Shown here: positions 26,101 through 39,700 of the stretch, piece by piece | Numbering within the stretch: position 1 is the first letter of the stretch | Layout of the letters: each line of letters starts with the position of its first letter | Source of the DNA: the human T2T-CHM13v2.0 reference genome, Homo sapiens | Length of the DNA stretch: 64,000 bases | Direction: 5' to 3' (one strand) | Assembly (NCBI RefSeq): GCF_009914755.1 | Contig: NC_060948.1 | The notes under the pieces: generated by a model | Told to the model about the DNA's origin: nothing | Seen by the model: the letters and a program-made list of their open reading frames with translations, nothing else | Database searches by the model: none | Made by a program: the position numbers and the translations under genes

Positions 26101-28470
26101 ATAGTGGCCATTGTTAAGCCTCTAGAACCTATACGTTTAAAATGGTTAACAGATAAGCCAATTTAGATAGAACAATGGCTGCTAAGTAAAGAGAAACTGG
26201 AGGCTTTAGAGAAATTAGTTACTGAACAATTAGAAAACAGGCACATAGCTCCAACATTTTCCCCTTCGAATTCTCCAGTTTTCCTAATTAAAAAAAGATC
26301 AGGTAAATGGAGAATGCTGACTTAAGAGCCATCAATTCAGTTATACAACCTGAGAGCATTACAGCCAGGATTGCCTTCTCCTGCTATAATTCCAAAAAAT
26401 TGGCATTTAATAGTCACAGATTTAAAAGACTGTTTCTTTACTACCCCTTTAGCTGAGCAAGACTGAATGGTTTGCATTTACAATTTCTGCGGTAAACAAC
26501 CTGCAGCCTAAGCGTTATCACTGGAAAGTGTTGTCACAAGGCATGTTAAACAGTCCAACAATTTGCCAGAAGTATGTAGGGCAAGCAATTGAACCTACTC
26601 GTAAAAAATTTTCAGTGTTATATTATGCACTATATGGATGATATCCTTTGTGCTGCCCCCACTCGAGAAATATTACTCCAATGTTATGATCACTTGCAAA
26701 ATGTGATTTCTCATGCTGGCTTAATTAATAGCTCCTGACAAAATTCAGACTACTCCCTACTCCTACTTGGGGACCTTAGTAAATGACACTACCATTGTGC
26801 CACAGAAAGTAACCATATGTAGGGATCAATTTAAAACATTAAATTACTTTCAAAAATTACTAGAGGACATTAATTGGATACAACCTGCTCTAGGCATTGC
26901 TACCTATGCTATGAGTAATCTGTTTTCTATCCTTAGATGAAATCCTAGTCTCACTAGCCCTCAGCAATTAACAAAGGAGGCTGAGACAGAGTTACAAGTG
27001 ACTGAGAAGCAAGTCAATAAAGCTCAAATAAATAGAATAGATCCAGAGAAGACTCTATATTTACAAATGTTTTCAACTCGGCATTCACCTACTGGTGTTA
27101 TTGTCCAAGAACAGGACTTAGTAGAGTGGCTTTTTCTTCCACTTTTTCTTTCCATTTAGGAAAATGTCAATAATTTTCCTAAAACAAAGCTGTTTCAGTT
27201 TTTGAAATTAACTAATTGGATTCTCCCTAAAATAACTAAATTTAAACCAATTGAAGGTGCTGAGAATGTTTTCACAGATGGGTCTAGTAACGGTAAAGCT
27301 TCTTATTTTGGATTAAAAGGTAAAGTTTTCCAGACGCCCTATACTGCAGCTCAAAAAGTGGAGCTGGTAGCGGTAATTGAGGTATTGACTGCTTTTGATA
27401 TGCCTGTTAGTATGATTTCTGATTCTACATACGTGGTTCATTCCACACAGTTAACTGAAAATGCTCAGTTACGACTTCATACAGATGAACAACTGATGAC
27501 TTTATTTTCTCAACTGCAAACAGCAGTTAGAAGTAGAATGCACCCTTTTTACATCACTCACATTAGGGCTCATACGCCTCTTCCAGGACCTTTGAAGGGA
27601 ATCAAATGGCTGATCACCTAGTTGCTAATGCAATATCTAATGCTAGACACTTTCACAATTTAACCCATGTTAATGCCTCTAGTCTCAAACACAGATACAG
27701 CATTACCTGGAAAGAAGCTAAAGCTATTATCCAGCGATGCCCAACTTGCCAAATGGTACATTCTTCATCTTTTACAGGAGGAGTTAATCCTTGAGGATTG
27801 GAACCTAACTCTCTTTCGCAAATGGATGTCACATGTTCCCTCGTTTGGGAAGCTAGCTTACGTACATGTATGCATGGACACCTTTTCTCACTTTGTCTGG
27901 GCTACATGCCAATCAGGAGAGTCTTCTGCCTGTGTTAAACGTCATCTTTTGCAGTGTTTTGCGGTGATGGGCATTCCAGCTTCTACTACAACAATAATGC
28001 CCCAGGTTATACTAGCCAAGCTCTAGCTACATTTTTCTCTATGTGGAATATTAAACGCATTACTGGTATCCCATACAATTCTCAAGGACAAGCCATAGTG
28101 GAAAGAATGAATCTCTCCCTAAAACAGCAGTTGCAAAAGCAGACTGAGGGAGACAGAGAATATGGAACCCCACAGATGCAACTGAATCTAGCATTATTAA
28201 CTTTAAATTTTTTGAGCCTGCCCAAAGGCCAGATGTTATCAGCAGCTGAACAGCATCTACAGAAACCAGCTGTAAAGACAGAAGCAGAACAACTGATTTG
28301 GTGAAGAGATCTGATTACAAAAAGTTGGGAAATAGGTAAAATAATAACTTGGGGTAGAGGTTATGCTTGTGTTTCTCCAGGCCAAAATTACAGCCAATTC
28401 TGACACCATCAAGACACCTGAAACCTTATCATGAGCCAGATGCCGAGGAAGAGACTCCGGGAGGATCCTG
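26080..28470 (+). pseudogene. pol: HML-3 pol remnant (RT, RNase H, integrase)
   Basis: YMDDIL at 26631; FTDGSSNGK; HNLTH...CPTC; GIPYNSQGQAIVER; WGRGYACV; disrupted. Confidence 0.9.
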
Positions 28471-28519
28471 AGGATCCCCCGGTTACAGCCATGTTGAGAC
28501 TGACACTGAGGAGGACCCC

Positions 28520-29530
28520 AACTGTCATGAGCAACACCCGTCGAACACAGCCAACCCCCTGGGGACAGACCAAGAAGCTGTCATAGACGGCAGAAGAAAA
28601 CCTGGGGAAAGCAGGACAACCAGTCACAATGAGTAATTTAATGGTAGCTATGATAGTGGTTATCATCACTGCTGTGAGTATTCCTTCAATAATGGCTGAC
28701 ACAGAGAACAATTATACTTACTGGGCATATTTATCAATCTTGGCTGGCAATAATGCCTGGATGCAATCACTCTATGACACAGTTACACACGCTTTCTGAT
28801 CTCAGTATTTACCATAATAAATGTGCTCCTATAATTGAGGCATACTGCCCCCAAAAACTTATTTGTAAACACAATTGGATCTTGCCAGAAATAATGAACA
28901 TACTTGTTTGGGAAGATTGCACTGCAGAACAGGCAGAGGTGCTGCACAACAATTCCTATGGAATCATCATTGATTGATCCACTGAGGGGATGTTTAGCTT
29001 GAATTGCACCTCTCAGTCTGTGTGCCATGGCCACACTATGTTCAGCTGGTCTGAACAAAACGGTCAGATGGTAGTGATGATAAGAAGTACACCAAAAGTT
29101 CCTATTATCTGGAACTATGGCAGTATAGTGGCACCTCAACCTCAAATGATATGGCTCATTGTAGGAGCTAAACATAAGGATTTGTAGAAACTATTAATAG
29201 CTCTTAATAAGATCAAAATTTGGGAAAGAATAAAAAAGCATCTAGAAAGACACTCTACAAACTTGTCTTTGGATATTGCAAAATTAAAGAACGAATATTT
29301 AAAACATCCCAGGCACACCTGACCTTAATGCCAGGAACTGGAGTGCTTAAAAGCTGCAGACAGATTAGCAGCTGGTAACCCATTAAAATGGATCAAAACA
29401 CTGGGAAGCTTTGTGACTTCAATGATGATTATGCTTTTAATCTGTGTTGTTTGTCTTTGTCTAGTCTGCAGATGTGGATCCTGACTCCTGCGAGAAATAG
29501 CTCACTGTGACAAAGCTGCCCTTGCTTTTA
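28520..29530 (+). pseudogene. env: HML-3 env remnant, internally deleted
   Basis: Signal-like VTMSNLMVAMIVVIITAVSIP, then NYTYWAYL and VWEDCTAEQAEVLHNNSYGIIID; only about 1 kb before the PPT. Confidence 0.75.
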
Positions 29531-29558
29531 TTGATTTGCAAATCAAAGGAGGGGGACA

Positions 29559-30070
29559 TGTTGGGAGCAGGCCCCCTAAACCTGGTCATAAACTGGCCCC
29601 AAAACTGGCCAGAAGCAGAATCTCTGCAGCATTGTGACATGTTCATGATGGCCACAACACCCACGCTGGAAGACTGTGGATTTACGGGAATGAGGGCAAG
29701 GAACGCCTGGCCCACCCAGGGTGGAAAACCGCTTAAAGGCATTCTTAAGCCACAAACAATAGCATTAGTGATCTGTGCCTTAAGGACATGCTCCTGCTGC
29801 AGTTAACTAGCCCAACCTATTCCTTTAATTCGGCCCATCCCTTCGTTTCCCATAAGAGATACTTTTAGTTAAGTTAATATCCATAGAAACAATGCTAATG
29901 ACTGGCTTGCTGTTAATAAATACGTGGGTAAATCTCTGTTCGAGGCTTTCAGCTCTGAAGGCTGTGAGGCCCCTGATTTCCCACTTCACATCTCTGTATT
30001 TCTGTCTGTGTGTCTTTAATTCCTCTATGTAAGCTGGGTCAGGGTCTCCCCAGCCGAGCTAGACTCGGCA
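29559..30070 (+). repeat. 3' LTR (MER9)
   Basis: Follows the PPT; tgttgggagcagg...actcggca. Confidence 0.93.
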
Positions 30071-30982
30071 ATCAACCACCGTTTTTTCTGAAACACATAA
30101 CATAGTCCTCTGCTCAGAAACTTAAAAGTTTTCGTTTATGTCAGGATATATATCATATTCCTTAAAATGAATCAAGATGATTTGCAAACTACAGACACAG
30201 CCTACCCTGATGGACTTTAAGAATTTGCCATCTACTTTCCAGCCACATTGAAATAATTAATTACCCTTTACTGAATACACTACTCCTTTTCCCATCCAAT
30301 GTTCATAAAGCCTAATGATGTTCTATAAATCTCCAATTATTGCTATTTTTGTCTGCTGCAATCAGAATATTCTTCAAGAACTCAAATGTTAAGTTTGTGT
30401 GCTTGCAAGGAGAAAAACAGCAGAAAAATAATTTTCCTCAGTGTTTCTGTAGTAGTTTGTATTTATATTTAACCTCATATTCATCAGTTAGATGTGCATT
30501 ACAATGTGTTGTTTATAGTTTGCCTCTGCAAGCAGAATGTAAACTTCTCCAGGGCAAGCAACACATGCTTATTCTGCACATCTTGTAAGCCTTAGTCAGA
30601 AGAGAAAAGTCAATAATGATTTATGAAATGAACCAGAAAGGACTTCATCCTGATCTGCCTGAATATTGAATTAAATCCTGTTTGTAGGCATCTGTGTACT
30701 TGCTATAGACTCTTCCTAGTTTAAAGTGAGATGATTATCATTTGGATAAGGATTTACTAAATAAATTCTTTATTTAGTAGATCTCCTTTATTTAGGAGAT
30801 ACTTTTAATAGATCTAGTTAGTGAAATATTGTATCAGATGAGAACTTAGCCTAATAGTTTTAATAGTCAATTTCAATCAAAAGCATTACATAAAAGTATA
30901 GGTAAATTTAAAATAAAGCAACAACAATTCAAAACCTAGAGAATCCAAAACAAAACAACTATCAGTAGAAACAGTTACTCAC

Positions 30983-31109
30983 CTCACAAATGCTACAGTA
31001 ATGAGCTGGTTCATCATTTGTCCGCCCATGCCATATAACCTCTTTTCCTGCTGCAACAAGAGCTTCTCTCAATGTCTGATATTGCTTCAGAATTTTCAAA
31101 AGACAATAC
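30983..31109 (-). CDS. UTY: UTY (KDM6C) third-from-last exon, 127 nt, first Cys pair of the zinc-binding domain
   Basis: cccacaatag|G TAT TGT...TGT GAG|gtgagt; [42 protein letters not shown]; joins in frame to the exon at 21892; absent from the ORF track. Confidence 0.96.
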
Positions 31110-33265
31110 CTATTGTGGGAAAAAACTATTTGTGAGAGTAACTACTGAATATTTTACATAAAAGGTATACCAATTAGAAATAACTTTGTGAATCTGGGTT
31201 CTAAAGTCTATTCACATGGTAATTTTTCTTTTCCTCAAATTTTCAAATGTGCATGCTGGACGATGACAATATTAAAATATTTAAAGTTGAGAATAACTGA
31301 CATTTGACTATAAAAATGCAATGATCATAATCTACAATAAACTCATCCCTAATTAAAGATATATTATTTATTTGGGCTCTAATTTGGACAAGTAAAATAA
31401 CTTTTGTAAGAGTCAACTTCTTCATCTTTGAAATAAAAGTTCAGAATTACAGGTTGGAATTTTTATGATTATAGAAAGGCAAGAAGGTTGCCTATACCCT
31501 CACAAGCAGTTATATAATAGATTTTAAAACTTTGGCACCACAGCAGATAATTATCTATGAATATGGTCACTACAAGATACAAAGTTAGTTCCAATATAAT
31601 AACAAAGAAAAAAAAGTATTACTTGCTGAATTTTAATTTGAAAATGGTATAGTAGAATCCTTCATTATTATTCACACTGACTTTTCTTATAATTTATACC
31701 TTTCCTACACATACTTGTGAGGATAACAATATATTGCAAACAATTACAAATACTGCTGATTTTCCTGTAATTTGCTGTCACTGCTCAAAACTGCCTGCTA
31801 AAGTTTCTGTGAATCTAAGTTTTTCAAAGCAGAGGTGGTATAGGTGATACTCTAAGGCACATTTCAACTCTAAACTTATCTTAGAAAGCATGATATGGGT
31901 TTAATAAAAATGCCATTAACACCTTTTGTAAACATATAACCTCCTGGAATCAGGAGAGTCTGAGCTAATTTGGAGCTTGTTGCTCTGTTACACTACAGAT
32001 ACGGACTTGAAATTATCAGTATATGGATTACATACCAAATATTTGGGGGGAAAATGATCATATTATCAGTATGTAAAATTATTTTCCACATCTGTTTATT
32101 ATCTTTCTTTCCCATGAGTGTAAGCATCATGAGCATGAGGCTTTATCTGTTTTAGTTTTGTAAACTGTTGTGGGACTAAATAACAACAGTTAAATTTTAC
32201 AATATACATTAAGTTTTATATAAATTTAAATTTACGTAAAATTTTACAATATACATTAATGGCAGTTTTAATTTCCTTCATTTATATTTTCTTGCCATTT
32301 GTTACTTGCCAGGTTAAACTATTACTTGTTATGTTTCTTTTCCTTACTTTTTAAATCAGAATTCCTCCTATAAGTAACCCTGGGGCAAAATCATTAGGGA
32401 TATTACATACAAAATATGCTAACTTATTTTAAAACATAAGTACAGCAATATAAGCCTAATGTGGCACGACAAATTCCTTAAGTATCATATAAAATACATA
32501 ATTTTCAGTTTGCCTTTAGCAATTATGCCTACTTAGAAACAATGCCATATTTCTGTCTATATTTGAATTTCACCAGGAAAGTCTTATTGTGAGTTTTTGT
32601 GTGTATGAAAGATGTGCCAGGGGAGACAAGTAAAAAATTCAGTTCCTGTCAAAAAGTAAGAATATAAACCACACTGGATCTGTGGCACCTACTGATGTCT
32701 TCCTGCCATCCCTCTTCTACATGATTTCACTTCTGGGTATAGGGATATTACTGCATATGTTTTCAAAATAGTGCTTCAAAACATGTCATATTTCACAAGA
32801 AAATAATGCCTCAAATTTTATGAATTTGTGTTTTTGCAAATTCAACCGTGTTTCCAAATGAGAAAATAAACTGCCACAAAGAGGCAGCAATCATGAAGGC
32901 TTAGTACCATACACAAGACATGGAATTGGTACTTTACATTAGATATGCCACACAATTCTCGTAACAGCTCAGTGCAAGAAGCATCCATACCCATTTTACT
33001 AAGTGGGAAATGTGGGAGTCAAAAAGGTAAAGTTTGCATGATGTTACAAGGCTATTTAATTAGGGATTAGGGATTTCCAAACTAAGTAATTTCAGGCTTC
33101 CTCTTACTATGTCTTCCATACTCTCTTCTGCTCACCATCTGTCAATTTTTGTACCTACTCACCCCACCACCCTGTGCCATTGTCATGAAGATAAAATCCT
33201 TGGGGCTAAAACAACATTACGTTCCCCCAAATAATGAGGGTTAGTTTTTTCTTTTTTTAGATGGA

Positions 33266-33561
33266 GTTTTTTTTTTTTTTTTTTTTGAGATGGAGTTTCG
33301 CTCTTGTTACCCAGGCTGGAGCGAAATGGCGTGATCTTGGCTCATGCAACCTCTGCCTCCTGGGCTCAAGCAACACTCCTGCCTCAGGCTCCCAAGTAGT
33401 TGCGATTACAGGTGCCCGCCACCATGCCCAGTGAATTTCTGTATTTTTAGTAAAAACGGGGTTGCACAATGTTGGCCAGGCTGGTCTCAAACTCCTGACC
33501 TCAGGTGATCTGCTTGCCTTGGTCTCCCAAAATGCTGGGATTACAGGCGTGAGCCACCATA
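33266..33561 (-). mobile_element. Alu (AluS-like)
   Basis: Antisense dimeric Alu; the tail unit tttagatggag is duplicated at about 33255. Confidence 0.92.
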
Positions 33562-36500
33562 CGTGACCATAATGAAGCTTATTCTGTGCAATCAGTTTGG
33601 TTCTATTTGTTTCTCAACAGATGAACTTTCATTTCCAGTAATTCTCATTATTTTGACAATTACATCACAGTTTTTATTGTATTACTTTATACTCAGTTTT
33701 GAAATTTCATATAAAAACGAGGCAAAACACTACAAAGGAATAGCGCTTTGTTGCTAGAAGTAAACACTAAGAATGAATAGTATTTCTATAGACACTACAG
33801 AAACAAATAGCTGAATATTACTAATATAAAATAATAATATTGTCATTATATATTACAACAGCCATTCCAGAAGGAGACTCTCTGGAATGATGGTGGAGAA
33901 TTATAAGACCCAAAAGTGAAATCTTAAAAGCTGACTGCTGTTATATTAACAATATTGAATAACTCAATTGTGATTGCTCCATGTTCTGATGTATTCTCCT
34001 TCAAAGAAATTTTTATTGCTTACCAATTCAGAAGGCAGCAGTAGGAAATGAATAAAGAACAACAACAATTTTGAGAGGTAGAGGCTTTTAAGGAGACCAC
34101 ATAAATGAGAATCTGATTCAATTAAAGGGCATGGAAGAATACATAGAAAGTAATAGTATTAAGGGAAAGAATATTTAAAAGATTCAAGATAAATTTCAAG
34201 ACTTGTTTTAACATAAACTGTCTGCTTTGGCTAATCCTTGAAACAGATTTCATCTGAAGAGAACTGAATGGCTTATAAAGAGTCACAAAAATGTAGTGTT
34301 GACATTTCTTCCTTTTGCTCAATTTGAATAGATTTACCCTATAACAATTACAAATTCAATTTAAAAAATATAAAGGAAGGGAAATGAATAGGCATATTGT
34401 GGCCTTCTGTTAAGGCATAACACACCAGGAATACTGAGACGCCTAAAAGGCCACAGGATTTAGACAAAATCACTTTGTTAAAGTTATATATTTTACAATA
34501 ATCTGCTCTGAAGAAAAGTGGGAAAAAAATAGAAGCTGGCTGGTTACATAGGTACACACATGCCATGGTGGTTGGCTGCACACATCAACCGGTCACCTAC
34601 ATTAGGTATTTATCCTAATGCTATTCCTCCCCTAACCCCCCACTCCCGACAGGCCCTGGTGTGTGATGTTCCCCTCCGTGTCCATGTGATCTCAATGTTC
34701 AACTCCCACTTAGGAGTGAGAACACGCAGTGTTTGGTTTTCTGTTCTTGTGTTAGTTTGCTGAGAATGATGGTTCCCAGCTTCATTCATGTAACTGTAAA
34801 GGGCATGAACTAATCCTTTTTTTTGGCTGCACAGTATTTCATGGTGTGTATGTGCCACGTTTTCTTTATCCAGACTATTATTGATGGGCATGTGGGTTGG
34901 TTCCAAGTCTTTGTTATTGTGAACAGTGCTGCAATAAATATATGTGCATGTGTTTTTACAATAGAATAATTTATAATCCTTTGGGTATGTACCCAGTAAT
35001 GGAATTGTTGGGTCAAATAGTATTTATCATTCTAGATCCTTGAGGAACCACCACACTGTTTTCCACAATGGCTGAACTAATTTACACTCCCGCCAACAGT
35101 ATAAAAACGTTTCTATTTCTCCACCTACTTGTGAGCATCGGTTGTTTCCTGACTTTTTAATGATCACCATTCTACGCGGTGTGAGATGGTATCTCACTGT
35201 GGTTTTGATTTGCATTTCTCTAATGATCAGTGATGATAAGCTTTTTTTCATGTCTGTTGGCCACATATCTTTTGAAAAGTCTCTGTTTATATCCTTAGCC
35301 CACTTTTTGAAGTTTTTTTTTCTTGTAAATTTGTAAAGTTCCTTGTAGATTCCAGATATTAGCCCTTTGTCAGATGGATAGATTGCAAAAATTTTTCTCC
35401 CATTCTGTAGGATGCCTATTGATTTTGCTGTGGAGAAAACTCTTTAGTTTAATTAGATCCCATTTGTCAATTTTGACTTTTGTTGACATTGCTTTTGGTG
35501 TTTTAGTCATAAAGTCTTTGCCCATGCCTATGTCCTGAATGGTATTGCCTAGGTTTTCTTCCAGGGTTTTTATGGTTTTTGGTCTTACGTTTAAGTCTTT
35601 AATCCATATGAGTTAATTTTGTATAAGGTGTAAAAAAGGGGTCCAGTTTCAGTTTTCTGCATATGGCTAGCCAGTTTTCCCAACACCATTTATTAAATAG
35701 GGCATACTTCCCTTATTGCTTGTTTTTGTCAGGTGTGTCAAGATCAGATGGTTGTAGATGTGAGGCGTTATTTCTGAGGCTTCTGTTCGGTTTCATTCAT
35801 CTATGTATCTGTTTTGGTACCAGTACCATGCTGTTTTGGTTACTGTAGCCTTGTAGTATAGTTCAAAGTCAGGTAGTGTGATGTTTCCAGCTTTGTTCTT
35901 TTTGCTTAGGATTGCCTTGGCTATGTGGGCTATTTTTTGGTTCCATATAAAATTTACAAGTAGTTTTTTCTAATTCTGTGAAGAAAGTCAGTGGTAGCTT
36001 GATGGGGATAGCACTGAAGCTATAAATTAATTTGGGCAGTATGGCCATTTTCTCAATGTTGATTCTTCCTATCCATGAGCATCGAATGTTTTTCCATTTG
36101 TTTGTGTCCTCTCTTATTCCGTTAAGCACTGGTTTTGTAGTTCTACTTGAAGAGGTCCTTCACATCCCTTGTAAGTTGTATTCCTAGGTATTAAATTCTC
36201 TTTGTAGCCGTTGTGAATGGGGAGTTCATTCATGATTTGGCTCTCTATTACTGGTGTACAGGAATGCCTGTATTTTTGCACATTGACTTTTCTTTCCTGA
36301 AACTTTGCTGAAGTTGCTTATCAGCTTTGGGAGATTTGGGGCTGAGATGATGGGGTTTTCTAAATATACAATCATGTCATCTGCAAACAGAGACAATTTG
36401 ACTTCCTCTTTTCCAAACTGAATACCCTTTATTTCTTTCTCCTGCCTGATTGCCCTGGCCAGAACTTCCAACCCTATGTTGAATAGGAGTGGTGAGAGAG

Positions 36501-36755
36501 GGCATCCTTGTCTTGTGCTGGTTTTCAAAGGGAATGCTTCCAGTTTTTGGTCATTCAGTATGATATTGCTCATTCAGTTTATCATAAATAGCTCGATTAT
36601 TTTGAGATACGTTCCATCAATACCTCGTTTACTGGGAGTTGTGAAGGGGTGTTGAATTTTGTTGAAGGCCTTTTCTGCATTTATTGAGATAATCATGTGT
36701 TTTTTGTCATTGGTTCTTTTATGTGATGGATTACGTTTATTGATTTGTGTATGTT

Positions 36756-36777
36756 GGCCGGGCGCGGTGGCTCACGC
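36756..36777 (+). mobile_element. 22-nt Alu 5' head embedded in L1 ORF2
   Basis: ggccgggcgcggtggctcacgc is an exact match to the Alu consensus start; no body, tail or TSD. Confidence 0.8.
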
Positions 36778-39700
36778 TTTCAGAAAGAATGGTACCAGCT
36801 CCTCTTTGTACCTCTGATAGAATTTGGCTGTGAATTTGTCTGGTGCTGAGTTTTTTTTGGTTGATAGGGTATTAATTACTGCCTCAATTTCAGAACTTGT
36901 TATTGGTCTATTCATGGATTCGATTTTCTTCCTGATTTAGTCTTGGGAGGGTGTATATGTCCAGGAATTTATTCCTTTTTTCTAGATTTTCTAGTTTATT
37001 TGCATAGAGGTGTTTATAGTATTCTCTGATTGTGGTTTGCATTTCTATGGGATCAGCGGTGATCTCCCCTTTATCATTATTTATTGCATCTATCTGATTC
37101 TTTTTCCTTATTAGTCTGGATAGTGGTCTATTTTATGGATCTTTTCAAAAAATCAGCTCCTGGATTCATTAATTTTTTGAAGAGTTTTTTGTGTTTCTAT
37201 CTTCTTTAGTCCTGCTGTGAAGTTCCCGCCTTAGTTACTTCTTGTCTTCTGCTGGCTTTTGAATTTGTTTGCTCTTGCTTCTCTAGTTCTTTAATTGTGA
37301 TGTTAGTGTGTTGAAGTTAGATTTTTCCTGCTTTCTCCTGTGGGTATTCAGTGCTAAAAATTTCCCTCTATACAACGCTTTAGCTGTGTCCCAGAGATTC
37401 TGGTATGTTGTGCCTTTGTTCTCATTGGTTTCAAAGAACTTCTTTATTTTTTTCCTTAATTTCGTTATTTACCCAGTAGTCATTCAGGAACAGGTTGTTC
37501 AGTTTCCATGTATTTGTGGGGTTTTGAGTGAGTTTCTAAAACCTGAGTTCTAATTTGATTGCACTGTGGTCTCAGAGACTGTTAAGATTTCCATTCTTTT
37601 TCATTTTCTGAGGTGTGTTTTACTTTCAATTATGTGGTCAGTTTCAAAGTAAGTGCAATGTGGTGCTGAGAAGAATGTATATTCTGTTGATTTGGGGTGG
37701 AGAGTTCCATAGATGTCTGTTAGGTCTGCTTGGTCCAGAGCTGAGTTCAAAGTCCGGAATATCCTTGTTAATTTTCTGTCTTGGTGATCTAATACTGACA
37801 GTGGGGTATTAAGGCCTTCCACTATTACTGTCACTACTATTATTGTGTGGGAATCTAAGTCTCTTTGTAGGTCTCTAAGAACTTACTTTATAAATCCAGG
37901 TGCTCTTGTATTGGCTGTATATATATGTAGGAAAGTTAGCTCTTCTGGTTGCATTGATCCCTTTACCAATATGTAATGCCCTTCTTTCTTTCTTTTGATC
38001 TTTGTTGGTTTAAAGTCTGTTTTATCAGAGACTAGGATTGCAACCCCTCCTTTTATCTGATTTCCATTTGTTTGCTAAATCTTCCTCCATCTCTCTCTTT
38101 TTTTTTGATCCTAAGTGTGTCTCAGCACAGGAGATGGGTTCTCCTGAATACAGCACACTGATAGGTCTTGACTGTCTATCCAATTTGCCAGTCTGTGTCT
38201 TTTTAATTGGGACATTTAGTCCACTATCATTTAAGGTTAATATTGTTATGTGTGAATTTGATCCTGTCATTATAATGCTAGCCCATTTAGTTAATGCAGT
38301 TTCTTCATAGTGTCGATGGTCTACAGAATTTGGTATGTTTTCGCAGTGGTTAGTTCCAGTTGTTCCTTTCTATATTTAGTGCTTCCTTCGGGAGCTCTTT
38401 TAAGGCAGGCCTGGTGGTGACAAAATCTCTCAGCATTTGCTTGTTTGTAAATGATTCTGTTTTCTCCCTTGCTTATGAAGCTTAGTTTGGCTGGATATGA
38501 AATTCTGTGGATATGAAATTCTGTGAAAACTACTTAAGAACGTTGAATATTGGCCCCCACTCTCTTTTGGCTCATAGGGTTTCTGCAGAGAGATCCAATG
38601 TTAGTCTGATGGGATTCTCTTTGTGGGTAACCTGACCATTCTCTGTGGCTGCCCTTAACATTTTTTCCTTCATTTCAACCTTGGTGAATCTGATGATTAT
38701 GTGTCTTGGGGTTGCTCTCTCGAAGAGTATCTTTGTGGTGTTCTCTGGGTATTTCCTGAATTTGAATGTTGGGCTGTCTTGCTAGCTTGGAGAAGTTCTC
38801 CTGGATAATATCCTGGAGAGTGTTTTACAACTTGGTTCCACTCTCCCCCGTCACTTTCAGGTGTATCAATCAAATGTATGTTCGGTCTTTTCACATAGTC
38901 CCATATTTCTTGCAGACTTTGTTTATTCCTTTTCATTCTTTTTTCTCTAATCTTGCCTTCACATGTTATTTCATTAAGTTGTTTTCAATCTCTGATATGA
39001 TTTCTTCCACTTGATCGATTCAGCTATTGATATTTGTGTAAGCTTCACGAAGTTCCCGTGCTGTGTTTTTCAGCTCCATCAGGTCACTTATGTTCTTCTT
39101 TAAACTGGTTGTTCTTGTTAGCAATTCGTCTAACCTTTTTTCAAGGTTCTTAGCTTCCTTGCTTTGGGTTAGAATATGCTCCTTTAGCTCACAGGAATTT
39201 GTTATTACCCACCTTCTGAAGCCTACTTCTGTCAGTTCATCAAACTCATGCTCTGTCCAGTTTTGTTCCCTTGCTGGTGAGGAGCTGTGATCCTTTGGAG
39301 GAGAAGAGGTGTTCTGGTTTTTGGAATTTTCAGCCTTTTTGGGCTGGTTTTTCCTCGTCTTCACTGATTTATCTAATTTTGATCTTTGATGTTGGTCACC
39401 TTCAGATGGGGTTTCTGTTTGGATGTTCTTTTTGTTGATGTTGATGCTATTCCTTTCTGCTTGTTAGTTTTCCTTCTAATATTCACCTCTGTTGCAGGTT
39501 TGCTGGAGTTTGCTGGAGGTCCACTCCAGACCTTGTTCACCTGGGTATCACCAGCGAAGGCTGCAGAACAGCAAAGACTGCTGCCTGCTCCTTCCTCTGG
39601 AAGCTTTGTCCCAGAGCGGCACTCATCAGATGCCAGCTGGAGCTCTGCTCTATGAAATGTCTGTCAATCCCTGCTGGGAGGTGTCTCCTAGTCAGGAGGC

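Larger units (their letters stand above)
23232..30070 (+). mobile_element. HERV-K(HML-3)/HERVK9 provirus with two MER9 LTRs, defective, antisense to UTY
   Basis: TG...CA LTRs 23232-23741 and 29559-30070; TSD atcagc/atcaac; Lys-type PBS; gag-dUTPase/pro-pol-env remnants; PPT aaaggagggggaca. Confidence 0.93.
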
